Positions 52,271 through 64,000 of a DNA stretch of 64,000 nucleotides are shown here, piece after piece; position 1 is the first letter of the stretch; every line of letters begins with the position of its first letter. The DNA lies in the NCBI RefSeq assembly GCF_963921235.1, contig NC_086108.1:1364001-1428000 (forward strand), written 5' to 3'. The notes beneath the pieces were generated by a model. The model was not told the origin of the DNA. It did not search any database and was given only the letters and a program-made list of their open reading frames with translations. The stretch comes from Mobula hypostoma. Its lineage: Eukaryota. The position numbers were made by a program, and so were the translations under genes.

Positions 52271-55200
52271 TCTACGGTCAGAGTAACACACACAAAATGC
52301 TGGAGGAACTCAGCAGGTCAGCCAGTGTCGATGGTCAGAGTATCACACACAAAATGCTGGAGGAACTCAGCAGGTCAGACAGTGTCGATGGTCAGAGTAA
52401 CACACACAAAATGCTGGAGGAACTCAGCAGGTCAGACAGTGTCGATGGTCAGAGTAACACACACAAAATGCTGGAAGAAATCAACAGGTCAGACAGTGTC
52501 GATGGTCAGAGTAACACACACAAAATGCTGGAGGAACTCAGCGGGTCAGACAGTGTCGATGGTCAGAGTAACACACACAAAATGCTGGAAGAAATCAACA
52601 GGTCAGACAGTGTCGATGGTCAGAGTAACACACACAAAATGCTGGAGGAACTCAGCAGGTCAGACAGTGTCTATGGACAGAGTAACACACACAAAATTCT
52701 GGAGGAACTCAGCGGGACAGACAGTGTCGATGGTCAGAGTAACATACACAGAATGCTGGAGGAACTCAGCGGGTCAGACATTGTCGATGGTCAGAGTAAC
52801 ACAGACAGAATGCTGGAGGAACTCAGCGGGTCAGACAATGTCGATGGTCAGAGTAACACACACAAAATGCTGGAGGAACTAAGCAGGTCAGATAGTGTCG
52901 ATGGTCAGAGTAACACACACAAAATGCTGGAGGAACTCAGCAGGTCAGACAGTGTCGATGGACAGAGTAACACACACAAAATGCTGGAGGAACTCAGCAG
53001 GTCAGACAGTGTCGATGGTCAGAGTAACACACAAAATGCTGGAGGAACTCGGCAGATCAGACAGTGTCAATTGTCAGAGTAACACACACGAAATGCTGGA
53101 GGAACTCAGCAGGTCAGACAGTGTCGATGGTCTGAGTAACACACACGAAATGTTGGAGGAACTCAGCAGGTCAGACAGTGTCGATGGTCAGAGTAACACA
53201 CACGAAATGCTGGAGGAACTCAGCAGGTCAGGCAGTGTCGATGGCCAGAGTAACACACACGAATTGCTGTAGGAACTCAGCAGGTCAGACAGTGTCGATG
53301 GTCAGAGTAACACACACGAAATGTTGGAGGAACTCAGCAGGTCAGACAGTGTCGATGGTCAGAGTAACACATACAAAATGCTGGAGGAACTCAGCAGGTC
53401 AGACAGTGTCGATGGTCAGAGTAACACACACAGAATGCTGGAGGAACTCAGCGGGTCAGATAGTGTCGATGGTCAGAGTAACACACACAAAATGCTGGAG
53501 GAACTCAGCAGGTCAGACAATGTCGATGGTCAGAGTAACACACACAAAATGCTGGTGGAACTCAGCAGGTCAGATAGTGTCAATGGACAGAGTAACACAC
53601 ACAAAATGCTGGAGGAACTCAGCAGGTCAGACAGTGTCGATGGTCAGAGTAACACATACAAAATGCTGGAGGAACTCAGCCGGTCAGACAGTGTCGATGG
53701 ACAGTGTAACACACACAAAATGCTGGAGGAACTCAGCAGGTCAGACAGTGTCGATGGTCAGAGTAACACACACAAAATGCTGGAGGAACTCAGCAGGTCA
53801 GACAATGTCGATGGTCAGAGTAACACACACAAAATGCTGGTGGAACTCAGCAGGTCAGATAGTGTCAATGGACAGAGTAACACACACAAAATGCTGGAGG
53901 AACTCAGCCGGTCAGACAGTGTCGATGGTCAGAGTAACACACACAAAATGCTGGAGGAACTCAGCAGGTCAGACAGTGTCGATGGTCAGAGTAAGACACA
54001 CAAAAAGCTGGAGGAACTCAGCCGGTCAGACAGTGTCGATGGTCAGATTAACACACACAAAATGCTGGAGGAACTCAGCAGGTCAGATAGTGTCGATGGT
54101 CAGAGTGACACACACAAAATGCTGGAGGAACTCAGTGGGTCAGACAGTGTGGATGGTCAGAGTAACACACACAAAATGCTGGAGGAACTCAGCAGGTCGG
54201 ACAGTGTCTATGGTCAGAGTAACACACACAAAATGCTGAAGGAACTCAGCAGGTCAGACAGGGTCTATGGTCAGAGTAACACACACAAAATGCTGGAGGA
54301 ACTCAGCAGGTCAGACAGTGTCGATGTTCAGAGTAACACACACAAAATGCTGGAGGAACTCAGCAGGTCAGACAGTGTCGATGGTCAGAGTAACACAAAC
54401 AAAATGCTGGAGGAACTCAGCAGGTCGGACAGTGTCTATGGTCAGAGTAACACACACAAAATGCTGGAGGAACTCAGCAGGTCAGACAGTGTCGATGGTC
54501 TGAGTAACACACACAAAATGCTGGAGGAACATAGCGGGTCAGACAGTGTCGATGGTCAGAGTAACACACACAGAATGCTGGAGGATCTCAGCGGGTCAGA
54601 CAATGTCGATGGTCAGAGTAACACACACAAAATGCTGGAGGAACTCAGCAGGTCAGATAGTGTCAATGGACAGAGTAACACACACAAAATGCTGGAGGAA
54701 CTCAGCAGGTCAGATAGTGTCGATGGTCAGAGTAACACACACAAAATGCTGGAGGAACTCAGCAGGTCAGATAGTGTCGATGGTCAGAGTAACACACACA
54801 AAATGCTGGAGGAACTCAGCAGGTCAGACAGGGTCTATGGTCAGAGTAACACACACAAAATGCTGGAGGAACTCAGCAGGTCAGACAGTGTCGATGGTCA
54901 GAGTAACACACACAAAATGCTGGAGGAACTCAGCAGGTCAGACAGTGTCGATTGTCAGAGTAACACAAACAAAATGCTGGAGGAACTCAGCAGGTCAGAC
55001 AGTGTCGATGGTCAGAGTAACACACACAAAATGCTGGAGGAACTCAGCAGGTCAGACAGTGTGGATGGTCAGAGTAACACACACAAAATGCTTTAGGAAC
55101 TCAGCCGGTCAGACAGTGTCGATGGTCAGAGTAACACACAGAAAATGCTGGAGGAACTCAGCAGGTCAGACAGTGTCGATGGTCAGAGTAACACACACAA

Positions 55201-56590
55201 AATGCTGGAGGAACTCAGCAGGTCAGACAGTGTCGATGGTCAGAGTAACACACACAAAATGCTGGAGGAACTCAGCAGGTCAGACAGTGTCTACGGTCAG
55301 AGTAACAGACACAAAATGCTGGAGGAACTCAGCAGGTCAGACAGTGTCGATGGTCAGAGTAACACAGACAGAATGCTGGAGGAACTCAGCGGGTCAGACA
55401 ATGTCGATGGTCAGAGTAACACACACAAAATGCTGGAGGAACTCAGCAGGTCAGACAGTGTCGACGGTCAGAGTAACACACACAAGATGCTGGAGGAACT
55501 CAGCAGGTCGGACAGTGTCGATGGTCAGAGTAACACACACGAAATGCTGGAGGAACTCAGCAGGTCAGACAGTGTCGATGGTCAGAGTAACACACACAAA
55601 ATGCTGGAGGAACTCAGCAGGTCAGACAGTGTCTATGGACAGAGTAACACACACAAAATGCTGGAGGAACACAGCCGGTCAGACAGTGTCGATGGTCAGA
55701 GTAACACACACAAAATGCTGGAGGAACTAAGCAGGTCAGATAGTGTCGATGGTCAGAGTAACACACACAAAATGCTGGAGGTACTCAGCAGGTCAGACAG
55801 TATCGATGGACAGAGTAACACACACAAAATGCTGGAGGAACTCAGCAGGTCAGACAGTTTCGATGGTCAGAGTTAGACACACAAAATGCTGGAGGAACTC
55901 AGCCGGTCAGACAGTGTCAATGGTCAGATTAACACACACAAAATGCTGGAGGAACTCAGCAGGTCAGACAGTGTCGATGGTCAGAGTAACACACAAAATG
56001 CTGGAGGAACTCGGCAGATCAGACAGTGTCAATTGTCAGAGTAACACACACGAAATGCTGGAGGAACTCAGCAGGTCAGACAGTGTCGATGGTCTGAGTA
56101 ACACACACGAAATGTTGGAGGAACTCAGCAGGTCAGACAGTGTCGATGGTCAGAGTAACACATACGAAATGCTGGAGGAACTCAGCAGGTCAGGCAGTGT
56201 CGATGGCCAGAGTAACACACACGAATTGCTGGAGGAACTCAGCAGGTCAGACAGTGTCGATGGTCAGAGTAACACACACGAAATGTTGGAGGAACTCAGC
56301 AGGTCAGACAGTGTCGATGGTCAGAGTAACACATACAAAATGCTGGAGGAACTCAGCAGGTCAGACAGTGTCGATGGTCAGAGTAACACACACAGAATGC
56401 TGGAGGAACTCAGCGGGTCAGACAATATCGATGGTCAGAGTAACACACACAAAATGCTGGTGGAACTCAGCAGGTCAGCTAGTGTCAATGGACAGAGTAA
56501 CACACACAAAATGCTGGAGGAACTCAGCAGGTCAGACAGTGTCGATGGTCAGAGTAACACACACAAAATGCTGGAGGAACTCAGCCGGTC
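46120..56590. repeat. Tandem block duplication with 5240-bp offset (92 monomers)
   Basis: Landmarks 46350/51590, 48081/53321 and 49905/55145 differ by 5240 = 92x57-4. The offset drops by one monomer (5183) by 50560/55743. Confidence 0.88.
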
Positions 56591-59500
56591 AGACAGTGTC
56601 GATGGTCAGATTAACACACACAAAATGCTGGAGGAACTCAGCAGGTCAGATAGTGTCGATGGTCAGAGTGACACACACAAAATGCTGGAGGAACTCAGTG
56701 CTCAGACAGTGTGGATGGTCAGAGTAACACACACAAAATGCTGGAGGAACTCAGCAGGTCGGACAGATGGTCAGAGTGTGAAGGAACTCAGATGGTCTAT
56801 GGTCTGAGTAACACACACAAAATGCTGGAGGAACTCAGCAGGTCAGACAGTGTCGATGGTCAGAGTAACACACACAAAATGCTGGAGGAACTCAGCAGGT
56901 CAGACAGTGTCGATGGTCAGAGTAACACACACAAAATGCTGGTGGAACTCAGCAGGTCAGACAGTGTCGATGGTCAGAGTAACACACACAAAATGCTGGA
57001 GGAACTCAGCAGGTCAGACAGTGTCGATGGTCAGAGTAACACACACAAAATGCTGGAGGAACTCAGCAGGTCAGACAGTGTCGATGGTCAGAGTAACACA
57101 CACAAAATGCTGGTGGAACTCAGCAGGTCAGACAGTGTCGATGGTCAGAGTAACACACACAAAATGCTGGAGGAACTCAGCAGGTCAGACAGTGTCTATG
57201 GTCAGAGTAACACACACAAAATGCTGGAGGAACTCAGCAGGTCAGACAGTGTCGATGGTCAGAGTAACACACACAAAATGCTGGAGGAACTCAGCAGGTC
57301 AGACAGTGTCGATGGTCAGAGTAACACACACAAAATGCTGGAGGAACTCAGCAGGTCAGACAGTGTCTATGGACAGAGTAACACACACAAAATTCTGGAG
57401 GAACTCAGCGGGACAGACAGTGTCGATGGTCAGAGTAACACACGCAGAATGCTGGAGGAACTCAGCGGGTCAGACATTGTCGATGGTCAGAGTAACACAC
57501 ACAGAATGCTGGAGGAACTCAGCGGGTCAGACAATGTCGATGGTCAGAGTAACACACACAAAATGCTGGAGGAACTCAGCAGGTCAGACAGTGTCGATGG
57601 TCAGAGTAACACACACAAAATGCTGGAGGAACTCAGCAGGTCAGATAGTGTCAATGGACAGAGTAACACACACAAAATGCTGGAGGAACTCAGCCGGTCA
57701 GACAGTGTCGATGGTCAGAGTAACACACACAAAATGCTGGAGGAACTCAGCGGGTCAGATAGTGTCGATGGTCAGAGTAACACACACAAAATGCTGGAGG
57801 AACTCAGCAGGTTAGACAGTGTCGATGGTCAGAGTAACACACACAAAATGCTAGAGGAACTCAGCAGGTCAGACAGTGTCGATGGTCAGAGTAACACACA
57901 CAAAATGCTGGAGGAACTCAGCAGGTCAGACAGTGTCTACGGTCAGAGTAACACACACAAAATGCTGGAGGAACTCAGCAGGTCAGCCAGTGTCGATGGT
58001 CAGAGTATCACACACAAAATGCTGGAGGAACTCAGCAGGTCAGACAGTGTCGATGGTCAGAGTAACACACACAAAATGCTGGAGGAACTCAGCAGGTCAG
58101 ACAGTGTCGATGGTCAGAGTAACACACACAAAATGCTGGAAGAAATCAACAGGTCAGACAGTGTCGATGGTCAGAGTAACACACACAAAATGCTGGAGGA
58201 ACTCAGCGGGTCAGACAGTGTCGATGGTCAGAGTAACACACACAAAATGCTGGAAGAAATCAACAGGTCAGACAGTGTCGATGGTCAGAGTAACACACAC
58301 AAAATGCTGGAGGAACTCAGCAGGTCAGACAGTGTCTATGGACAGAGTAACACACACAAAATTCTGGAGGAACTCAGCGGGACAGACAGTGTCGATGGTC
58401 AGAGTAACATACACAGAATGCTGGAGGAACTCAGCGGGTCAGACATTGTCGATGGTCAGAGTAACACAGACAGAATGCTGGAGGAACTCAGCGGGTCAGA
58501 CAATGTCGATGGTCAGAGTAACACACACAAAATGCTGGAGGAACTAAGCAGGTCAGATAGTGTCGATGGTCAGAGTAACACACACAAAATGCTGGAGGAA
58601 CTCAGCAGGTCAGACAGTGTCGATGGACAGAGTAACACACACAAAATGCTGGAGGAACTCAGCAGGTCAGACAGTGTCGATGGTCAGAGTAACACACAAA
58701 ATGCTGGAGGAACTCGGCAGATCAGACAGTGTCAATTGTCAGAGTAACACACACGAAATGCTGGAGGAACTCAGCAGGTCAGACAGTGTCGATGGTCTGA
58801 GTAACACACACGAAATGTTGGAGGAACTCAGCAGGTCAGACAGTGTCGATGGTCAGAGTAACACACACGAAATGCTGGAGGAACTCAGCAGGTCAGGCAG
58901 TGTCGATGGCCAGAGTAACACACACGAATTGCTGTAGGAACTCAGCAGGTCAGACAGTGTCGATGGTCAGAGTAACACACACGAAATGTTGGAGGAACTC
59001 AGCAGGTCAGACAGTGTCGATGGTCAGAGTAACACATACAAAATGCTGGAGGAACTCAGCAGGTCAGACAGTGTCGATGGTCAGAGTAACACACACAGAA
59101 TGCTGGAGGAACTCAGCGGGTCAGATAGTGTCGATGGTCAGAGTAACACACACAAAATGCTGGAGGAACTCAGCAGGTCAGACAATGTCGATGGTCAGAG
59201 TAACACACACAAAATGCTGGTGGAACTCAGCAGGTCAGATAGTGTCAATGGACAGAGTAACACACACAAAATGCTGGAGGAACTCAGCAGGTCAGACAGT
59301 GTCGATGGTCAGAGTAACACATACAAAATGCTGGAGGAACTCAGCCGGTCAGACAGTGTCGATGGACAGTGTAACACACACAAAATGCTGGAGGAACTCA
59401 GCAGGTCAGACAGTGTCGATGGTCAGAGTAACACACACAAAATGCTGGAGGAACTCAGCAGGTCAGACAATGTCGATGGTCAGAGTAACACACACAAAAT

Positions 59501-62500
59501 GCTGGTGGAACTCAGCAGGTCAGATAGTGTCAATGGACAGAGTAACACACACAAAATGCTGGAGGAACTCAGCCGGTCAGACAGTGTCGATGGTCAGAGT
59601 AACACACACAAAATGCTGGAGGAACTCAGCAGGTCAGACAGTGTCGATGGTCAGAGTAAGACACACAAAAAGCTGGAGGAACTCAGCCGGTCAGACAGTG
59701 TCGATGGTCAGATTAACACACACAAAATGCTGGAGGAACTCAGCAGGTCAGATAGTGTCGATGGTCAGAGTGACACACACAAAATGCTGGAGGAACTCAG
59801 TGGGTCAGACAGTGTGGATGGTCAGAGTAACACACACAAAATGCTGGAGGAACTCAGCAGGTCGGACAGTGTCTATGGTCAGAGTAACACACACAAAATG
59901 CTGAAGGAACTCAGCAGGTCAGACAGGGTCTATGGTCAGAGTAACACACACAAAATGCTGGAGGAACTCAGCAGGTCAGACAGTGTCGATGTTCAGAGTA
60001 ACACACACAAAATGCTGGAGGAACTCAGCAGGTCAGACAGTGTCGATGGTCAGAGTAACACAAACAAAATGCTGGAGGAACTCAGCAGGTCGGACAGTGT
60101 CTATGGTCAGAGTAACACACACAAAATGCTGGAGGAACTCAGCAGGTCAGACAGTGTCGATGGTCTGAGTAACACACACAAAATGCTGGAGGAACATAGC
60201 GGGTCAGACAGTGTCGATGGTCAGAGTAACACACACAGAATGCTGGAGGATCTCAGCGGGTCAGACAATGTCGATGGTCAGAGTAACACACACAAAATGC
60301 TGGAGGAACTCAGCAGGTCAGATAGTGTCAATGGACAGAGTAACACACACAAAATGCTGGAGGAACTCAGCAGGTCAGATAGTGTCGATGGTCAGAGTAA
60401 CACACACAAAATGCTGGAGGAACTCAGCAGGTCAGATAGTGTCGATGGTCAGAGTAACACACACAAAATGCTGGAGGAACTCAGCAGGTCAGACAGGGTC
60501 TATGGTCAGAGTAACACACACAAAATGCTGGAGGAACTCAGCAGGTCAGACAGTGTCGATGGTCAGAGTAACACACACAAAATGCTGGAGGAACTCAGCA
60601 GGTCAGACAGTGTCGATTGTCAGAGTAACACAAACAAAATGCTGGAGGAACTCAGCAGGTCAGACAGTGTCGATGGTCAGAGTAACACACACAAAATGCT
60701 GGAGGAACTCAGCAGGTCAGACAGTGTGGATGGTCAGAGTAACACACACAAAATGCTTTAGGAACTCAGCCGGTCAGACAGTGTCGATGGTCAGAGTAAC
60801 ACACAGAAAATGCTGGAGGAACTCAGCAGGTCAGACAGTGTCGATGGTCAGAGTAACACACACAAAATGCTGGAGGAACTCAGCAGGTCAGACAGTGTCG
60901 ATGGTCAGAGTAACACACACAAAATGCTGGAGGAACTCAGCAGGTCAGACAGTGTCTACGGTCAGAGTAACAGACACAAAATGCTGGAGGAACTCAGCAG
61001 GTCAGACAGTGTCGATGGTCAGAGTAACACAGACAGAATGCTGGAGGAACTCAGCGGGTCAGACAATGTCGATGGTCAGAGTAACACACACAAAATGCTG
61101 GAGGAACTCAGCAGGTCAGACAGTGTCGACGGTCAGAGTAACACACACAAGATGCTGGAGGAACTCAGCAGGTCGGACAGTGTCGATGGTCAGAGTAACA
61201 CACACGAAATGCTGGAGGAACTCAGCAGGTCAGACAGTGTCGATGGTCAGAGTAACACACACAAAATGCTGGAGGAACTCAGCAGGTCAGACAGTGTCTA
61301 TGGACAGAGTAACACACACAAAATGCTGGAGGAACACAGCCGGTCAGACAGTGTCGATGGTCAGAGTAACACACACAAAATGCTGGAGGAACTAAGCAGG
61401 TCAGATAGTGTCGATGGTCAGAGTAACACACACAAAATGCTGGAGGTACTCAGCAGGTCAGACAGTATCGATGGACAGAGTAACACACACAAAATGCTGG
61501 AGGAACTCAGCAGGTCAGACAGTTTCGATGGTCAGAGTTAGACACACAAAATGCTGGAGGAACTCAGCCGGTCAGACAGTGTCAATGGTCAGATTAACAC
61601 ACACAAAATGCTGGAGGAACTCAGCAGGTCAGACAGTGTCGATGGTCAGAGTAACACACAAAATGCTGGAGGAACTCGGCAGATCAGACAGTGTCAATTG
61701 TCAGAGTAACACACACGAAATGCTGGAGGAACTCAGCAGGTCAGACAGTGTCGATGGTCTGAGTAACACACACGAAATGTTGGAGGAACTCAGCAGGTCA
61801 GACAGTGTCGATGGTCAGAGTAACACATACGAAATGCTGGAGGAACTCAGCAGGTCAGGCAGTGTCGATGGCCAGAGTAACACACACGAATTGCTGGAGG
61901 AACTCAGCAGGTCAGACAGTGTCGATGGTCAGAGTAACACACACGAAATGTTGGAGGAACTCAGCAGGTCAGACAGTGTCGATGGTCAGAGTAACACATA
62001 CAAAATGCTGGAGGAACTCAGCAGGTCAGACAGTGTCGATGGTCAGAGTAACACACACAGAATGCTGGAGGAACTCAGCGGGTCAGACAATATCGATGGT
62101 CAGAGTAACACACACAAAATGCTGGTGGAACTCAGCAGGTCAGCTAGTGTCAATGGACAGAGTAACACACACAAAATGCTGGAGGAACTCAGCAGGTCAG
62201 ACAGTGTCGATGGTCAGAGTAACACACACAAAATGCTGGAGGAACTCAGCCGGTCAGACAGTGTCGATGGTCAGATTAACACACACAAAATGCTGGAGGA
62301 ACTCAGCAGGTCAGATAGTGTCGATGGTCAGAGTGACACACACAAAATGCTGGAGGAACTCAGTGCGTCAGACAGTGTGGATGGTCAGAGTAACACACAC
62401 AAAATGCTGGAGGAACTCAGCAGGTCGGACAGTGTCTATGGTCAGAGTAACACACACAAAATGCTGAAGGAACTCAGCAGGTCAGACAGGGTCTATGGTC

Positions 62501-62700
62501 TGAGTAACACACACAAAATGCTGGAGGAACTCAGCAGGTCAGACAGTGTCGATGGTCAGAGTAACACACACAAAATGCTGGAGGAACTCAGCAGGTCAGA
62601 CAGTGTCGATGGTCAGAGTAACACACACAAAATGCTGGTGGAACTCAGCAGGTCAGACAGTGTCGATGGTCAGAGTAACACACACAAAATGCTGGAGGAA
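51940..62700. repeat. Tandem block duplication with 5665/5696-bp offset (100 monomers)
   Basis: Landmarks 52211/57876, 53321/58986, 55145/60810 and 56140/61805 differ by 5665, while 56850/62546 differ by 5696 = 100x57-4. Private variants (GGATCTCAGCGGG, CGATTGTC, CACAGAAAAT, CGACGG, CAGCTAGT) occur in both copies. Confidence 0.9.
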
Positions 62701-64000
62701 CTCAGCAGGTCAGACAGTGTCTATGGTCAGAGTAACACACACAAAATGCTGGAGGAACTCAGCAGGTTAGACAGTGTCGATGGTCAGAGTAACACACACA
62801 AAATGCTGGAAGAAATCAACAGGTCAGACAGTGTCGATGGTCAGAGTAACACACACAAAATGCTGGAGGAACTCAGCAGGTCAGACAGTGTCTATGGACA
62901 GAATAACACACACAAAATGCTGGAGGAGCTCAGCCGGTCAGACAGTGTTGATGGTCAGAGTAATACAAACAAAATGCTGGAGGAACTCAGCAGGTCAGAC
63001 AGTGTCGATGGTCAGAGTAACACACACAAAATGCTGGAGGAACTCAGCAGGTCAGACAGTGTCGATGGTCAGAGTAACACACACAAAATGCTGGTGGAAC
63101 TCAGCAGGTCAGACAGTGTCGATGGTCAGAGTAACACACACAAAATGCTGGAGGAACTCAGCAGGTCAGACAGTGTCTATGGTCAGAGTAACACACACAA
63201 AATGCTGGAGGAACTCAGCAGGTTAGACAGTGTCGATGGTCAGAGTAACACACACAAAATGCTGGAAGAAATCAACAGGTCAGACAGTGTCGATGGTCAG
63301 AGTAACACACACAAAATGCTGGAGGAACTCAGCAGGTCAGACAGTGTCTATGGACAGAGTAACACACACAAAATTCTGGAGGAACTCAGCGGGACAGACA
63401 GTGTCGATGGTCAGAGTAACACACGCAGAATGCTGGAGGAACTCAGCGGGTCAGACATTGTCGATGGTCAGAGTAACACACACAGAATGCTGGAGGAACT
63501 CAGCGGGTCAGACAATGTCGATGGTCAGAGTAACACACACAAAATGCTGGAGGAACTCAGCAGGTCAGACAGTGTCGATGGTCAGAGTAACACACACAAA
63601 ATGCTGGAGGAACTCAGCAGGTCAGACAGTGTCGATGGTCAGATTAACACACGCAAAATGCTGGAGGAACTCAGCAGGTCAGATAGTGTCGATGGTAAGA
63701 GTAACACACACAAAATGCTGGAGGAACTCGGCGGGTCAGACAGTGTCGATGCGCAGAGTAACACACACAAAATGCTGGAGGAACTCAGCGGGTCAGACCG
63801 TGTCGATGGTCAGAGTAACACACACAAAATGCTGGAGGAACTTAGCGGGTCAGACAATGTCGATGGTCAGAGTAACACACAAAAAATGCTGGAGGAACTC
63901 AGCAGGTCAGACAGTGTCGATGGTCAGAGTAACACACACAAAATGCTGGAGGATCTCAGCAGGTCAGACAGTGTCGATGGTCAGAGTAACACACACAAAA

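Larger units (their letters stand above)
30300..63600. repeat. Array B distal subfamily domain (39-55-monomer blocks marked by a single 55-bp monomer)
   Basis: Different variant set: TCTATGG, TCAATGGAC, ACGAAAT, GAAGAAATCAAC, GAACATAGC, CAGGGTCT. The marker AGATCAGACAGTGTCAATTG has CAATTG at 37234, 39512, 42531, 45550, 47828, 50847, 53068, 56030, 58733 and 61695. Confidence 0.85.
16696..64000. repeat. Tandem satellite array B, 57-bp monomer (about 830 copies), truncated by the gap and the window end
   Basis: Head-to-tail copies of AACACACACAAAATGCTGGAGGAACTCAGCAGGTCAGACAGTGTCGATGGTCAGAGT (A20 C12 G16 T9). Length variants arise almost only in the (AC)n-A4 tract (55 and 56 bp). Single orientation throughout. 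Confidence 0.99.

Noticed and set aside
16712..63226. Long plus-strand ORFs (up to 1097 aa) of MLEELSRSDSVDGQSNTHK or MVRVTHTKCWRNSAGQTVS repeats
   Set aside because: 57 bp equals 19 codons and two frames of the consensus lack stops, so long ORFs are automatic. Both frames are equally open, stops (TAG) and frameshifts are copied freely through the duplications, and there is no unique N- or C-terminal domain.
1..64000. CRISPR array
   Set aside because: The whole monomer is repeated with no unique spacers, and there is no leader or cas gene.
1..64000. Hammerhead-ribozyme satellite (as in newt or schistosome satellites)
   Set aside because: Neither consensus monomer has CTGANGA together with GAAA on either strand. 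A has CTGAACTGA and B-minus has CTGACCA/CTGAGTT, and the required stems are absent.
16696..64000. Immunoglobulin switch-like region (WGCW motifs TGCT and AGCA in each monomer)
   Set aside because: Two 4-mers per 57 bp is weak evidence, AGCT and G-clusters are rare, and no constant-region exons are present.
1..64000. Telomeric repeats, tRNA/5S/snRNA tandem genes, or transposon insertions within the arrays
   Set aside because: No (TTAGGG)n tract was seen, the monomers are too short and lack cloverleaf or poly-T terminator features, and no non-monomer sequence was seen anywhere.

Overview
The window is entirely satellite DNA from what looks like a scaffolded vertebrate assembly. It holds two different tandem arrays separated by an exact 200-N gap (16496-16695). 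Array A (1-16495, about 390 copies) has a 42-bp monomer, CTGTGATCTACAACCATCGCACAGCGCTGAACTGACTCCGCA, with 41- and 43-bp variants. Array B (16696-64000, about 830 copies) has a 57-bp monomer, AACACACACAAAATGCTGGAGGAACTCAGCAGGTCAGACAGTGTCGATGGTCAGAGT, with 55- and 56-bp variants. All ORFs in the track follow from monomer lengths divisible by 3, and I find no supportable gene, RNA gene, CRISPR array or protein-coding system. What can be read from the sequence is structural. (1) Both arrays show layered higher-order repeats: 127 bp, 1392 bp and about 4173 bp in A; 509/737 bp, 39-53-monomer blocks, 5.2-5.7 kb, 8316 bp and 10507 bp in B. (2) The two monomers align with each other in opposite orientation. 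(3) From memory only, part of the B monomer matches an abundant interspersed repeat of rays and sharks. (4) The A monomer resembles a cryptic V(D)J recombination signal. (5) Variant sites show a CpG-decay pattern. (6) Two local patches look like consensus errors. Points 2-4 are hypotheses that need database searches.
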